From assembly GCA_964016885.1 (NCBI GenBank), contig OZ024744.1:3782001-3846000 (forward strand): a stretch of DNA of 64,000 nucleotides, read 5' to 3'. The notes beneath the pieces are model-generated. The model searched no databases. It worked only from the letters and a program-made list of their open reading frames with translations, and had not been told where the DNA came from. The DNA comes from Eledone cirrhosa (Eukaryota). A program made the position numbers and the translations under genes. Shown piece by piece: positions 51,081 through 62,500 of this stretch; position 1 is the first letter of the stretch; every line of letters starts with the position of its first letter.

Positions 51081-54000
51081 GAAAGAAGTTTTGGGGAAAG
51101 ACAAGGTAGAGAAAGATAGCTTGGTGAAGAACGGAGTTTTGGGGGAAGACAAGGTAGAGAAAGATAGCTTGGTGAAGAACGAAGTTTTGGGGGAAGACAA
51201 GGTAGAGAAAGATAGCTTGGTGAAGAACGAAGTTTTGAGGGAAGACAAGGTAGAGAAAGATAGCTTGGTGAATAACGAAGTTTTGGGAGAAGACAAGGTA
51301 GAGAAAGATAGCTTGGTGAAGAACGATGTTTTGAGGGAAGGCAAGGTAGAGAAAGATAGCTTGGTGAAGAACGACGTTTTGAGGGAAGACAAGGTAGAGA
51401 AAGATAGCTTGTTGAAGAACGAAGTTCTGAGGGAAGACAAGGTAGAGAAAGATAGCTTGGTGAAGAACGAAGTTTTGGGAGAAAACAAGGTAGAGAAAGA
51501 TATCTTGGTGAAGAACGAAGTTTCGACGGAAGACAAGGTAGAGAAAGATAGCTTGGTGAAGAATGACGTTTTGTGGGAAGACAAGGTAGAGAAAGATAGC
51601 TTGGTGAAGAACGAAGTTTTGTGTGAAGACAAGCTAGAGAAAGATAGCTTGGTGAAGAACGAAGTTTTGGGAGAAAACAAGGTAGAGAAAGATATCTTGG
51701 TGAAGAACGAAGTTTCGACGGAAGACAAGGTAGAGAAATATAGCTTGGTGAAGAATGACGTTTTGTGGGAAGACAAGATAGAGAAAGATAGCTTGGTGAA
51801 GAACGAAGTTTTGAGGGAAGACGAGGTAGAGAAAGATAGCTTGGTGAAGAACGAAGTTTTGGGGGAAGACAAGGTAGAGAAAGATAGCTTGGTGAAGAAC
51901 GACGTTTTGAGGGAAGACAAGGTAGAGAAAGATAGCTTGGTGAAGAACGAAGTTTTGACGGAAGACAAGGTAGAGAAAGATAGCTTGGTGAAGAACGAAG
52001 TTTTGAGGGAAGACGAGGGAGAGAAAGATAGCTTGGTGAAGAACGAAGTTTTGGGGGAAGACAAGGTAGAGAAAGATAGCTTGGTGAAGAACGACGTTTT
52101 GAGGGAAGACAAGGTAGAGAAAGATAGCTTGGTGAAGAACGAAGTTTTGGGGGAAGACAAGGTAGAGAAAGATAGCTTGGTGAAGAACGAAGTTTTGGGG
52201 GAAGACAAGGTAGAGAAAGATAACTTGGTGAAGAACGAAGTTTTAGGGGAAGACAAGGTAGAGAAAGATAGCTTGGTGAAGAACGAAGTTTTGAGGGAAG
52301 ACGAGGTAGAGAAAGATGACTTGGTGAAGAACGAAGTTTTGGGGGAAGACAAGGTAGAGAAAGATAGCTTGGTGAAGAACGAAGTTTTGAGGGAAGACGA
52401 GGTAGAGAAAGATAGCTTGGTGAAGAACGAAGTTTTGGGGGAAGACAAGGTAGAGAAAGATAGCTTGGTGAAGAACGAAGTTTTGGGGGAAGACAAGGTA
52501 GAGAAAGATAGCTTGGTGAAGAACGACGTTTTGAGGGAAGACAAGGTAGAGAAAGATAGCTTGGTGAAGAACGAAGTTTTGGGGGAAGACAAGGTAGAGA
52601 AAGATAGCTTGGTGAAGAACGAAGTTTTGGGGGAAGACAAGGTAGAGAAAGATAGCTTGGTGAAGAACAAAGTTTTGAGGGAAGACGAGGTAGAGAAAGA
52701 TAGCTTGGTGAATAACGAAGTTTTGGGGGAAGACAAGGTAGAGAAAGATAGCTTGGTGAAGAACGAAGTTTTGGGGGAAGACAAGGTAGAGAAAGATAGC
52801 TTGGTGAAGAACGACGTTTTGAGGGAAGACAAGGTCGTGAAAGATAGCTTGGTGAAGAACGAAGTTTTGGGGAAGACAATGTAGAGAAAGATAGCTTGCT
52901 GAAGAACGAAGTTTTGGGGGAAGACAAGGTAGAGAAAGATAGCTTGGTGAAGAACGAAGTTCTGAGGGAAGACATGGTAGAGAAAGATAGCTTGGTGAAG
53001 AACGAAGTTTTGGGAGGAGACAAGGTAGAGAAAGATATCTTGGTGAAGAACGAAGTTTTGACGGAAGACAAGGTAGTGAAAGATAGCTTGGTGAAGAATG
53101 ACGTTTTGTGGGAAGACAAGGTAGAGAAAGATAGCTTGGTGAAGAACGAAGTGTTGTGTGAAGACAAGCTAGAGAAAGATAGCTTGGTGAAGAACGAAGT
53201 TTTGGGGGAAGACAAGGTAGAGAAAGATAGATTGGTGAAGAACAAAGTTTTGAGGGATGACAAGGTAGAGAAAGATGACTTGGTGAAGAACGAAGTTTTG
53301 GGGGAAGACAAGGTAGAGAAAGATAGCTTGGTGAAGAACGAAGTTTTGAGGGAAGACAAGGTAGAGAAAGATAGCTTGGTGAATAACGAAGTTTTGGGAG
53401 AAGACAAGGTAGAGAAAGATAGCTTGGTGAAGAACGAAGTTTTGGGGGAAGACAAGGTAGAGAAAGATAGCTTGGTGAAGAACGAAGTTTTGAGGGAAGA
53501 CAAGGTAGAGAAAGATAGCTTGGTGAAGAACGATGTTTTGAGGGAAGACAAGGTAGAGAAAGATAGCTTGGTGAAGAACGACGTTTTGAGGGAAGACAAG
53601 GTAGAGAAAGATAGCTTGGTGAAGAACGACGTTTTGTGGGAAGACAAGGTAGAGAAAGATAGCTTGGTGAAGAACGAAGTTTTGGGGGAAGACAAGGTAG
53701 AGAAAGATAGCTTGGTGAAGAACGAAGTTTTGGGGGAAGACAAGGTAGAGAAAGAGAGCTTGGTGAAGAACGACGTTTTGATGAAAGACAAGGTAGAGAA
53801 AGATAGCTTGGTGAAGAACGAAGTTTTGGGGAAGACAATGTAGAGAAAGATAGCTTGGTGAAGAACGAAGTTTTGGGGGAAGACAAGGTAGAGAAAGATA
53901 GCTTGGTGAAGAACGAAGTTCTGAGGGAAGACAAGGTAGAGAAAGATAGCTTGGTGAAGAACGAAGTTTTGCGAGAAGACAAGGTAGAGAAAGATATCTT

Positions 54001-54589
54001 GGTGAAGAACGAAGTTTTGACGGAAGACAAGGTAGAGAAAGATAGCTTGGTGAAGAATGACGTTTTGTGGGAAGACAAGGTAGAGAAAGATAGCTTGGTG
54101 AAGAACGAAGTTTTGTGTGAAGACAAGGTAGAGAAAGATAGCTTGGTGAAGAACGAAGTTTTGGGGGAAGACAAGGTAGAGAAAGATATCTTGGTGAAGA
54201 ACGAAGTTTCGACGGAAGACAAGGTAGAGAAAGATAGCTTGGTGAAGAATGACGTTTTGTGGGAAGACAAGGTAGAGAAAGATAGCTTGGTGAAGAACGA
54301 AGTTTTGAGGGAAGACGAGGTAGAGAAAGATAGATTGGTGAAGAACGAAGTTTTGAGGGATGACAAGGTAGAGAAAGATGACTTGGTGAAGAAAGAAGTT
54401 TTGGGGAAAGACAAGGTAGAGAAAGATAGCTTGGTGAAGAACGAAGTTTTGGGGGAAGACAAGGTAGAGAAAGATAGCTTGGTGAAGAACGAAGTTTTGG
54501 GGGAAGACAAGGTAGAGAAAGATAGCTTGGTGAAGAACGAAGTTTTGAGGGAAGACAAGGTAGAGAAAGATAGCTTGGTGAATAACGAA

Positions 54590-57500
54590 GTTTTGGGAGA
54601 AGACAAGGTAGAGAAAGATAGCTTGGTGAAGAACGATGTTTTGAGGGAAGGCAAGGTAGAGAAAGATAGCTTGGTGAAGAACGACGTTTTGAGGGAAGAC
54701 AAGGTAGAGAAAGATAGCTTGTTGAAGAACGAAGTTCTGAGGGAAGACAAGGTAGAGAAAGATAGCTTGGTGAAGAACGAAGTTTTGGGAGAAAACAAGG
54801 TAGAGAAAGATATCTTGGTGAAGAACGAAGTTTCGACGGAAGACAAGGTAGAGAAAGATAGCTTGGTGAAGAATGACGTTTTGTGGGAAGACAAGGTAGA
54901 GAAAGATAGCTTGGTGAAGAACGAAGTTTTGTGTGAAGACAAGCTAGAGAAAGATAGCTTGGTGAAGAACGAAGTTTTGGGAGAAAACAAGGTAGAGAAA
55001 GATATCTTGGTGAAGAACGAAGTTTCGACGGAAGACAAGGTAGAGAAAGATAGCTTGGTGAAGAATGACGTTTTGTGGGAAGACAAGATAGAGAAAGATA
55101 GCTTGGTGAAGAACGAAGTTTTGAGGGAAGACAAGGTAGAGAAAGATAGCTTGGTGAAGAACGACGTTTTGAGGGAAGACAAGGTCGTGAAAGATAGCTT
55201 GGTGAAGAACGAAGTTTTGGGGAAGACAATGTAGAGAAAGATAGCTTGCTGAAGAACGAAGTTTTGGGGGAAGACAAGGTAGAGAAAGATAGCTTGGTGA
55301 AGAACGAAGTTCTGAGGGAAGACATGGTAGAGAAAGATAGCTTGGTGAAGAACGAAGTTTTGGGAGGAGACAAGGTAGAGAAAGATATCTTGGTGAAGAA
55401 CGAAGTTTTGACGGAAGACAAGGTAGTGAAAGATAGCTTGGTGAAGAATGACGTTTTGTGGGAAGACAAGGTAGAGAAAGATAGCTTGGTGAAGAACGAA
55501 GTTTTGTGTGAAGACAAGCTAGAGAAAGATAGCTTGGTGAAGAACGAAGTTTTGGGGGAAGACAAGGTAGAGAAAGATAGATTGGTGAAGAACAAAGTTT
55601 TGAGGGATGACAAGGTAGAGAAAGATGACTTGGTGAAGAACGAAGTTTTGGGGGAAGACAAGGTAGAGAAAGATAGCTTGGTGAAGAACGAAGTTTTGAG
55701 GGAAGACAAGGTAGAGAAAGATAGCTTGGTGAATAACGAAGTTTTGGGAGAAGACAAGGTAGAGAAAGATAGCTTGGTGAAGAACGAAGTTTTGAGGGAA
55801 GACAAGGTAGAGAAAGATAGCTTGGTGAAGAACGATGTTTTGAGGGAAGACAAGGTAGAGAAAGATAGATTGGTGAAGAACGACGTTTTGAGGGAAGACA
55901 AGGTAGAGAAAGATAGCTTGGTGAAGAACGACGTTTTGTGGGAAGACAAGGTAGAGAAAGATAGCTTGGTGAAGAACGAAGTTTTGGGGGAAGACAAGGT
56001 AGAGAAAGATAGCTTGGTGAAGAACGAAGTTTTGGGGGAAGACAAGGTAGAGAAAGAGAGCTTGGTGAAGAACGACGTTTTGATGAAAGACAAGGTAGAG
56101 AAAGATAGCTTGGTGAAGAACGAAGTTTTGGGGAAGACAATGTAGAGAAAGATAGCTTGGTGAAGAACGAAGTTTTGGGGGAAGACAAGGTAGAGAAAGA
56201 TAGCTTGGTGAAGAACGAAGTTCTGAGGGAAGACAAGGTAGAGAAAGATAGCTTGGTGAAGAACGAAGTTTTGCGAGAAGACAAGGTAGAGAAAGATATC
56301 TTGGTGAAGAACGAAGTTTTGACGGAAGACAAGGTAGAGAAAGATAGCTTGGTGAAGAATGACGTTTTGTGGGAAGACAAGGTAGAGAAAGATAGCTTGG
56401 TGAAGAACGAAGTTTTGTGTGAAGACAAGGTAGAGAAAGATAGCTTGGTGAAGAACGAAGTTTTGGGGGAAGACAAGGTAGAGAAAGATATCTTGGTGAA
56501 GAACGAAGTTTCGACGGAAGACAAGGTAGAGAAAGATAGCTTGGTGAAGAATGACGTTTTGTGGGAAGACAAGGTAGAGAAAGATAGCTTGGTGAAGAAC
56601 GAAGTTTTGAGGGAAGACGAGGTAGAGAAAGATAGCTTGGTGAAGAACAAGTTTTGGGGGAAGACAAGGTAGAGAAAGATAGCTTGGTGAAGAACGACGT
56701 TTTGAGGGAAGACAAGGTAGAGAAAGATAGCTTGGTGAAGAACGAAGTTTTGACGGAAGACAAGGTAGAGAAAGATAGCTTGGTGAAGAATGACGTTTTG
56801 TGGGAAGACAAGGTAGAGAAAGATAGCTTGGTGAAGAACGAAGTTTTGAGGGAAGACGAGGGAGAGAAAGATAGCTTGGTGAAGAACGAAGTTTTGGGGG
56901 AAGACAAGGTAGAGAAAGATAGCTTGGTGAAGAACGACGTTTTGGGGGAAGACAAGGTAGAGAAAGATAGCTTGGTGAAGAACGAAGTTTTGGGGGAAGA
57001 CAAGGTAGAGAAAGATAGCTTGGTGAAGAACGAAGTTTTAGGGGAAGACAAGGTAGAGAAAGATAGCTTGGTGAAGAACGAAGTTTTGAGGGAAGACAAG
57101 GTAGAGAAAGATGACTTGGTGAAGAACGAAGTTTTGGGGGAAGACAAGGTAGAGAAAGATAGCTTGGTGAAGAACGAAGTTTTGAGGGAAGACGAGGTAG
57201 AGAAAGATAGCTTGGTGAAGAACGAAGTTTTGGGGGAATACAAGGTAGAGAAAGATAGCTTGGTGAAGAACGAAGTTTTGGGGGAAGAGAAGGTAGAGAA
57301 AGATAGCTTGGTGAAGAACGACGTTTTGAGGGAAGACAAGGTAGAGAAAGATAGCTTGGTGAAGAACGAAGTTTTGGGGGAAGACAAGGTAGAGAAAGAT
57401 AGCTTGGTGAAGAACGAAGTTTTGGGGGAAGACAAGGTAGAGAAAGATAGCTTGGTGAAGAACAAAGTTTTGAGGGAAGACGAGGTAGAGAAAGATAGCT

Positions 57501-60500
57501 TGGTGAAGAACGAAGTTTTGGGGGAAGACAAGGTAGAGAAAGATAGCTTGGTGAAGAACGAAGTTTTGGGGGAAGACAAGGTAGAGAAAGATAGCTTGGT
57601 GAAGAACGACGTTTTGAGGGAAGACAAGGTCGTGAAAGATAGCTTGGTGAAGAACGAAGTTTTGGGGAAGACAACGTAGAGAAAGATAGCTTGCTGAAGA
57701 ACGAAGTTTTGGGGGAAGACAAGGTAGAGAAAGATAGCTTGGTGAAGAACGAAGTTCTGAGGGAAGACATGGTAGAGAAAGATAGCTTGGTGAAGAACGA
57801 AGTTTTGGGAGGAGACAAGGTAGAGAAAGATATCTTGGTGAAGAACGAAGTTTTGACGGAAGACAAGGTAGAGAAAGATAGCTTGGTGAAGAATGACGTT
57901 TTGTGGGAAGACAAGGTAGAGAAAGATAGCTTGGTGAAGAACGAAGTTTTGTGTGAAGACAAGCTAGAGAAAGATAGCTTGGTGAAGAACGTAGTTTTGG
58001 GGGAAGACAAGGTAGAGAAAGATAGATTGGTGAAGAACAAAGTTTTGAGGGATGACAAGGTAGAGAAAGATGACTTGGTGAAGAACGAAGTTTTGGGGGA
58101 AGACAAGGTAGAGAAAGATAGCTTGGTGAAGAACGAAGTTTTGAGGGAAGACAAGGTAGAGAAAGATAGCTTGGTGAATAACGAAGTTTTGGGAGAAGAC
58201 AAGGTAGAGAAAGATAGCTTGGTGAAGAACGAAGTTTTGGGGGAAGACAAGGTAGAGAAAGATAGCTTGGTGAAGAACGAAGTTTTGAGGGAAGACAAGG
58301 TAGAGAAAGATAGCTTGGTGAAGAACGATGTTTTGAGGGAAGACAAGGTAGAGAAAGATAGCTTGGTGAAGAACGACGTTTTGAGGGAAGACAAGGTAGA
58401 GAAAGATAGCTTGGTGAAGAACGACGTTTTGTGGGAAGACAAGGTAGAGAAAGATAGCTTGGTGAAGAACGAAGTTTTGGGGGAAGACAAGGTAGAGAAA
58501 GATAGCTTGGTGAAGAACGAAGTTTTGGGAGAAGACAAGGTAGAGAAAGATAGCTTGGTGAAGAACGATGTTTTGAGGGAAGGCAAGGTAGAGAAAGATA
58601 GCTTGGTGAAGAACGACGTTTTGAGGGAAGACAAGGTAGAGAAAGATAGCTTGTTGAAGAACGAAGTTCTGAGGGAAGACAAGGTAGAGAAAGATAGCTT
58701 GGTGAAGAACGAAGTTTTGGGAGAAAACAAGGTAGAGAAAGATATCTTGGTGAAGAACGAAGTTTCGACGGAAGACAAGGTAGAGAAAGATAGCTTGGTG
58801 AAGAATGACGTTTTGTGGGAAGACAAGGTAGAGAAAGATAGCTTGGTGAAGAACGAAGTTTTGTGTGAAGACAAGCTAGAGAAAGATAGCTTGGTGAAGA
58901 ACGAAGTTTTGGGAGAAAACAAGGTAGAGAAAGATATCTTGGTGAAGAACGAAGTTTCGACGGAAGACAAGGTAGAGAAAGATAGCTTGGTGAAGAATGA
59001 CGTTTTGTGGGAAGACAAGATAGAGAAAGATAGCTTGGTGAAGAACGAAGTTTTGAGGGAAGACAAGGTAGAGAAAGATAGCTTGGTGAAGAACGACGTT
59101 TTGAGGGAAGACAAGGTCGTGAAAGATAGCTTGGTGAAGAACGAAGTTTTGGGGAAGACAATGTAGAGAAAGATAGCTTGCTGAAGAACGAAGTTTTGGG
59201 GGAAGACAAGGTAGAGAAAGATAGCTTGGTGAAGAACGAAGTTCTGAGGGAAGACATGGTAGAGAAAGATAGCTTGGTGAAGAACGAAGTTTTGGGAGGA
59301 GACAAGGTAGAGAAAGATATCTTGGTGAAGAACGAAGTTTTGACGGAAGACAAGGTAGTGAAAGATAGCTTGGTGAAGAATGACGTTTTGTGGGAAGACA
59401 AGGTAGAGAAAGATAGCTTGGTGAAGAACGAAGTTTTGTGTGAAGACAAGCTAGAGAAAGATAGCTTGGTGAAGAACGAAGTTTTGGGGGAAGACAAGGT
59501 AGAGAAAGATAGATTGGTGAAGAACAAAGTTTTGAGGGATGACAAGGTAGAGAAAGATGACTTGGTGAAGAACGAAGTTTTGGGGGAAGACAAGGTAGAG
59601 AAAGATAGCTTGGTGAAGAACGAAGTTTTGAGGGAAGACAAGGTAGAGAAAGATAGCTTGGTGAATAACGAAGTTTTGGGAGAAGACAAGGTAGAGAAAG
59701 ATAGCTTGGTGAAGAACGAAGTTTTGGGGGAAGACAAGGTAGAGAAAGATAGCTTGGTGAAGAACGAAGTTTTGAGGGAAGACAAGGTAGAGAAAGATAG
59801 CTTGGTGAAGAACGATGTTTTGAGGGAAGACAAGGTAGAGAAAGATAGATTGGTGAAGAACGACGTTTTGAGGGAAGACAAGGTAGAGAAAGATAGCTTG
59901 GTGAAGAACGACGTTTTGTGGGAAGACAAGGTAGAGAAAGATAGCTTGGTGAAGAACGAAGTTTTGGGGGAAGACAAGGTAGAGAAAGATAGCTTGGTGA
60001 AGAACGAAGTTTTGGGGGAAGACAAGGTAGAGAAAGAGAGCTTGGTGAAGAACGACGTTTTGATGAAAGACAAGGTAGAGAAAGATAGCTTGGTGAAGAA
60101 CGAAGTTTTGGGGAAGACAATGTAGAGAAAGATAGCTTGGTGAAGAACGAAGTTTTGGGGGAAGACAAGGTAGAGAAAGATAGCTTGGTGAAGAACGAAG
60201 TTCTGAGGGAAGACAAGGTAGAGAAAGATAGCTTGGTGAAGAACGAAGTTTTGCGAGAAGACAAGGTAGAGAAAGATATCTTGGTGAAGAACGAAGTTTT
60301 GACGGAAGACAAGGTAGAGAAAGATAGCTTGGTGAAGAATGACGTTTTGTGGGAAGACAAGGTAGAGAAAGATAGCTTGGTGAAGAACGAAGTTTTGTGT
60401 GAAGACAAGGTAGAGAAAGATAGCTTGGTGAAGAACGAAGTTTTGGGGGAAGACAAGGTAGAGAAAGATATCTTGGTGAAGAACGAAGTTTCGACGGAAG

Positions 60501-62500
60501 ACAAGGTAGAGAAAGATAGCTTGGTGAAGAATGACGTTTTGTGGGAAGACAAGGTAGAGAAAGATAGCTTGGTGAAGAACGAAGTTTTGAGGGAAGACGA
60601 GGTAGAGAAAGATAGCTTGGTGAAGAACAAGTTTTGGGGGAAGACAAGGTAGAGAAAGATAGCTTGGTGAAGAACGACGTTTTGAGGGAAGACAAGGTAG
60701 AGAAAGATAGCTTGGTGAAGAACGAAGTTTTGACGGAAGACAAGGTAGAGAATGATAGCTTGGTGAAGAATGACGTTTTGTGGGAAGACAAGGTAGAGAA
60801 AGATAGCTTGGTGAAGAACGAAGTTTTGAGGGAAGACGAGGGAGAGAAAGATAGCTTGGTGAAGAACGAAGTTTTGGGGGAAGACAAGGTAGAGAAAGAT
60901 AGCTTGGTGAAGAACGACGTTTTGGGGGAAGACAAGGTAGAGAAAGATAGCTTGGTGAAGAACGAAGTTTTGGGGGAAGACAAGGTAGAGAAAGATAGCT
61001 TGGTGAAGAACGAAGTTTTAGGGGAAGACAAGGTAGAGAAAGATAGCTTGGTGAAGAACGAAGTTTTGAGGGAAGACAAGGTAGAGAAAGATGACTTGGT
61101 GAAGAACGAAGTTTTGGGGGAAGACAAGGTAGAGAAAGATAGCTTGGTGAAGAACGAAGTTTTGAGGGAAGACGAGGTAGAGAAAGATAGCTTGGTGAAG
61201 AACGAAGTTTTGGGGGAATACAAGGTAGAGAAAGATAGCTTGGTGAAGAACGAAGTTTTGGGGGAAGAGAAGGTAGAGAAAGATAGCTTGGTGAAGAACG
61301 ACGTTTTGAGGGAAGACAAGGTAGAGAAAGATAGCTTGGTGAAGAACGAAGTTTTGGGGGAAGACAAGGTAGAGAAAGATAGCTTGGTGAAGAACGAAGT
61401 TTTGGGGGAAGACAAGGTAGAGAAAGATAGCTTGGTGAAGAACAAAGTTTTGAGGGAAGACGAGGTAGAGAAAGATAGCTTGGTGAAGAACGAAGTTTTG
61501 GGGGAAGACAAGGTAGAGAAAGATAGCTTGGTGAAGAACGAAGTTTTGGGGGAAGACAAGGTAGAGAAAGATAGCTTGGTGAAGAACGACGTTTTGAGGG
61601 AAGACAAGGTCGTGAAAGATAGCTTGGTGAAGAACGAAGTTTTGGGGAAGACAACGTAGAGAAAGATAGCTTGCTGAAGAACGAAGTTTTGGGGGAAGAC
61701 AAGGTAGAGAAAGATAGCTTGGTGAAGAACGAAGTTCTGAGGGAAGACATGGTAGAGAAAGATAGCTTGGTGAAGAACGAAGTTTTGGGAGGAGACAAGG
61801 TAGAGAAAGATATCTTGGTGAAGAACGAAGTTTTGACGGAAGACAAGGTAGAGAAAGATAGCTTGGTGAAGAATGACGTTTTGTGGGAAGACAAGGTAGA
61901 GAAAGATAGCTTGGTGAAGAACGAAGTTTTGTGTGAAGACAAGCTAGAGAAAGATAGCTTGGTGAAGAACGAAGTTTTGGGGGAAGACAAGGTAGAGAAA
62001 GATAGATTGGTGAAGAACAAAGTTTTGAGGGATGACAAGGTAGAGAAAGATGACTTGGTGAAGAACGAAGTTTTGGGGGAAGACAAGGTAGAGAAAGATA
62101 GCTTGGTGAAGAACGAAGTTTTGAGGGAAGACAAGGTAGAGAAAGATAGCTTGGTGAATAACGAAGTTTTGGGAGAAGACAAGGTAGAGAAAGATAGCTT
62201 GGTGAAGAACGAAGTTTTGGGGGAAGACAAGGTAGAGAAAGATAGCTTGGTGAAGAACGAAGTTTTGAGGGAAGACAAGGTAGAGAAAGATAGCTTGGTG
62301 AAGAACGATGTTTTGAGGGAAGACAAGGTAGAGAAAGATAGCTTGGTGAAGAACGACGTTTTGAGGGAAGACAAGGTAGAGAAAGATAGCTTGGTGAAGA
62401 ACGACGTTTTGTGGGAAGACAAGGTAGAGAAAGATAGCTTGGTGAAGAACGAAGTTTTGGGGGAAGACAAGGTAGAGAAAGATAGCTTGGTGAAGAACGA
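54590..62500. repeat. Tandem duplication of a ~3.95-kb unit (offset 3,932 then 3,980 bp; one-monomer indel)
   Basis: ORF pairs: 55246/59178, 56157/60137, 56654/60634 and 57691/61671. Shared variants: AACAAGTTTT deletion, GAATAC (EYK), GAAGAGAAG (EEK), GACAACGTAG, GTCGTG. Confidence 0.91.
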
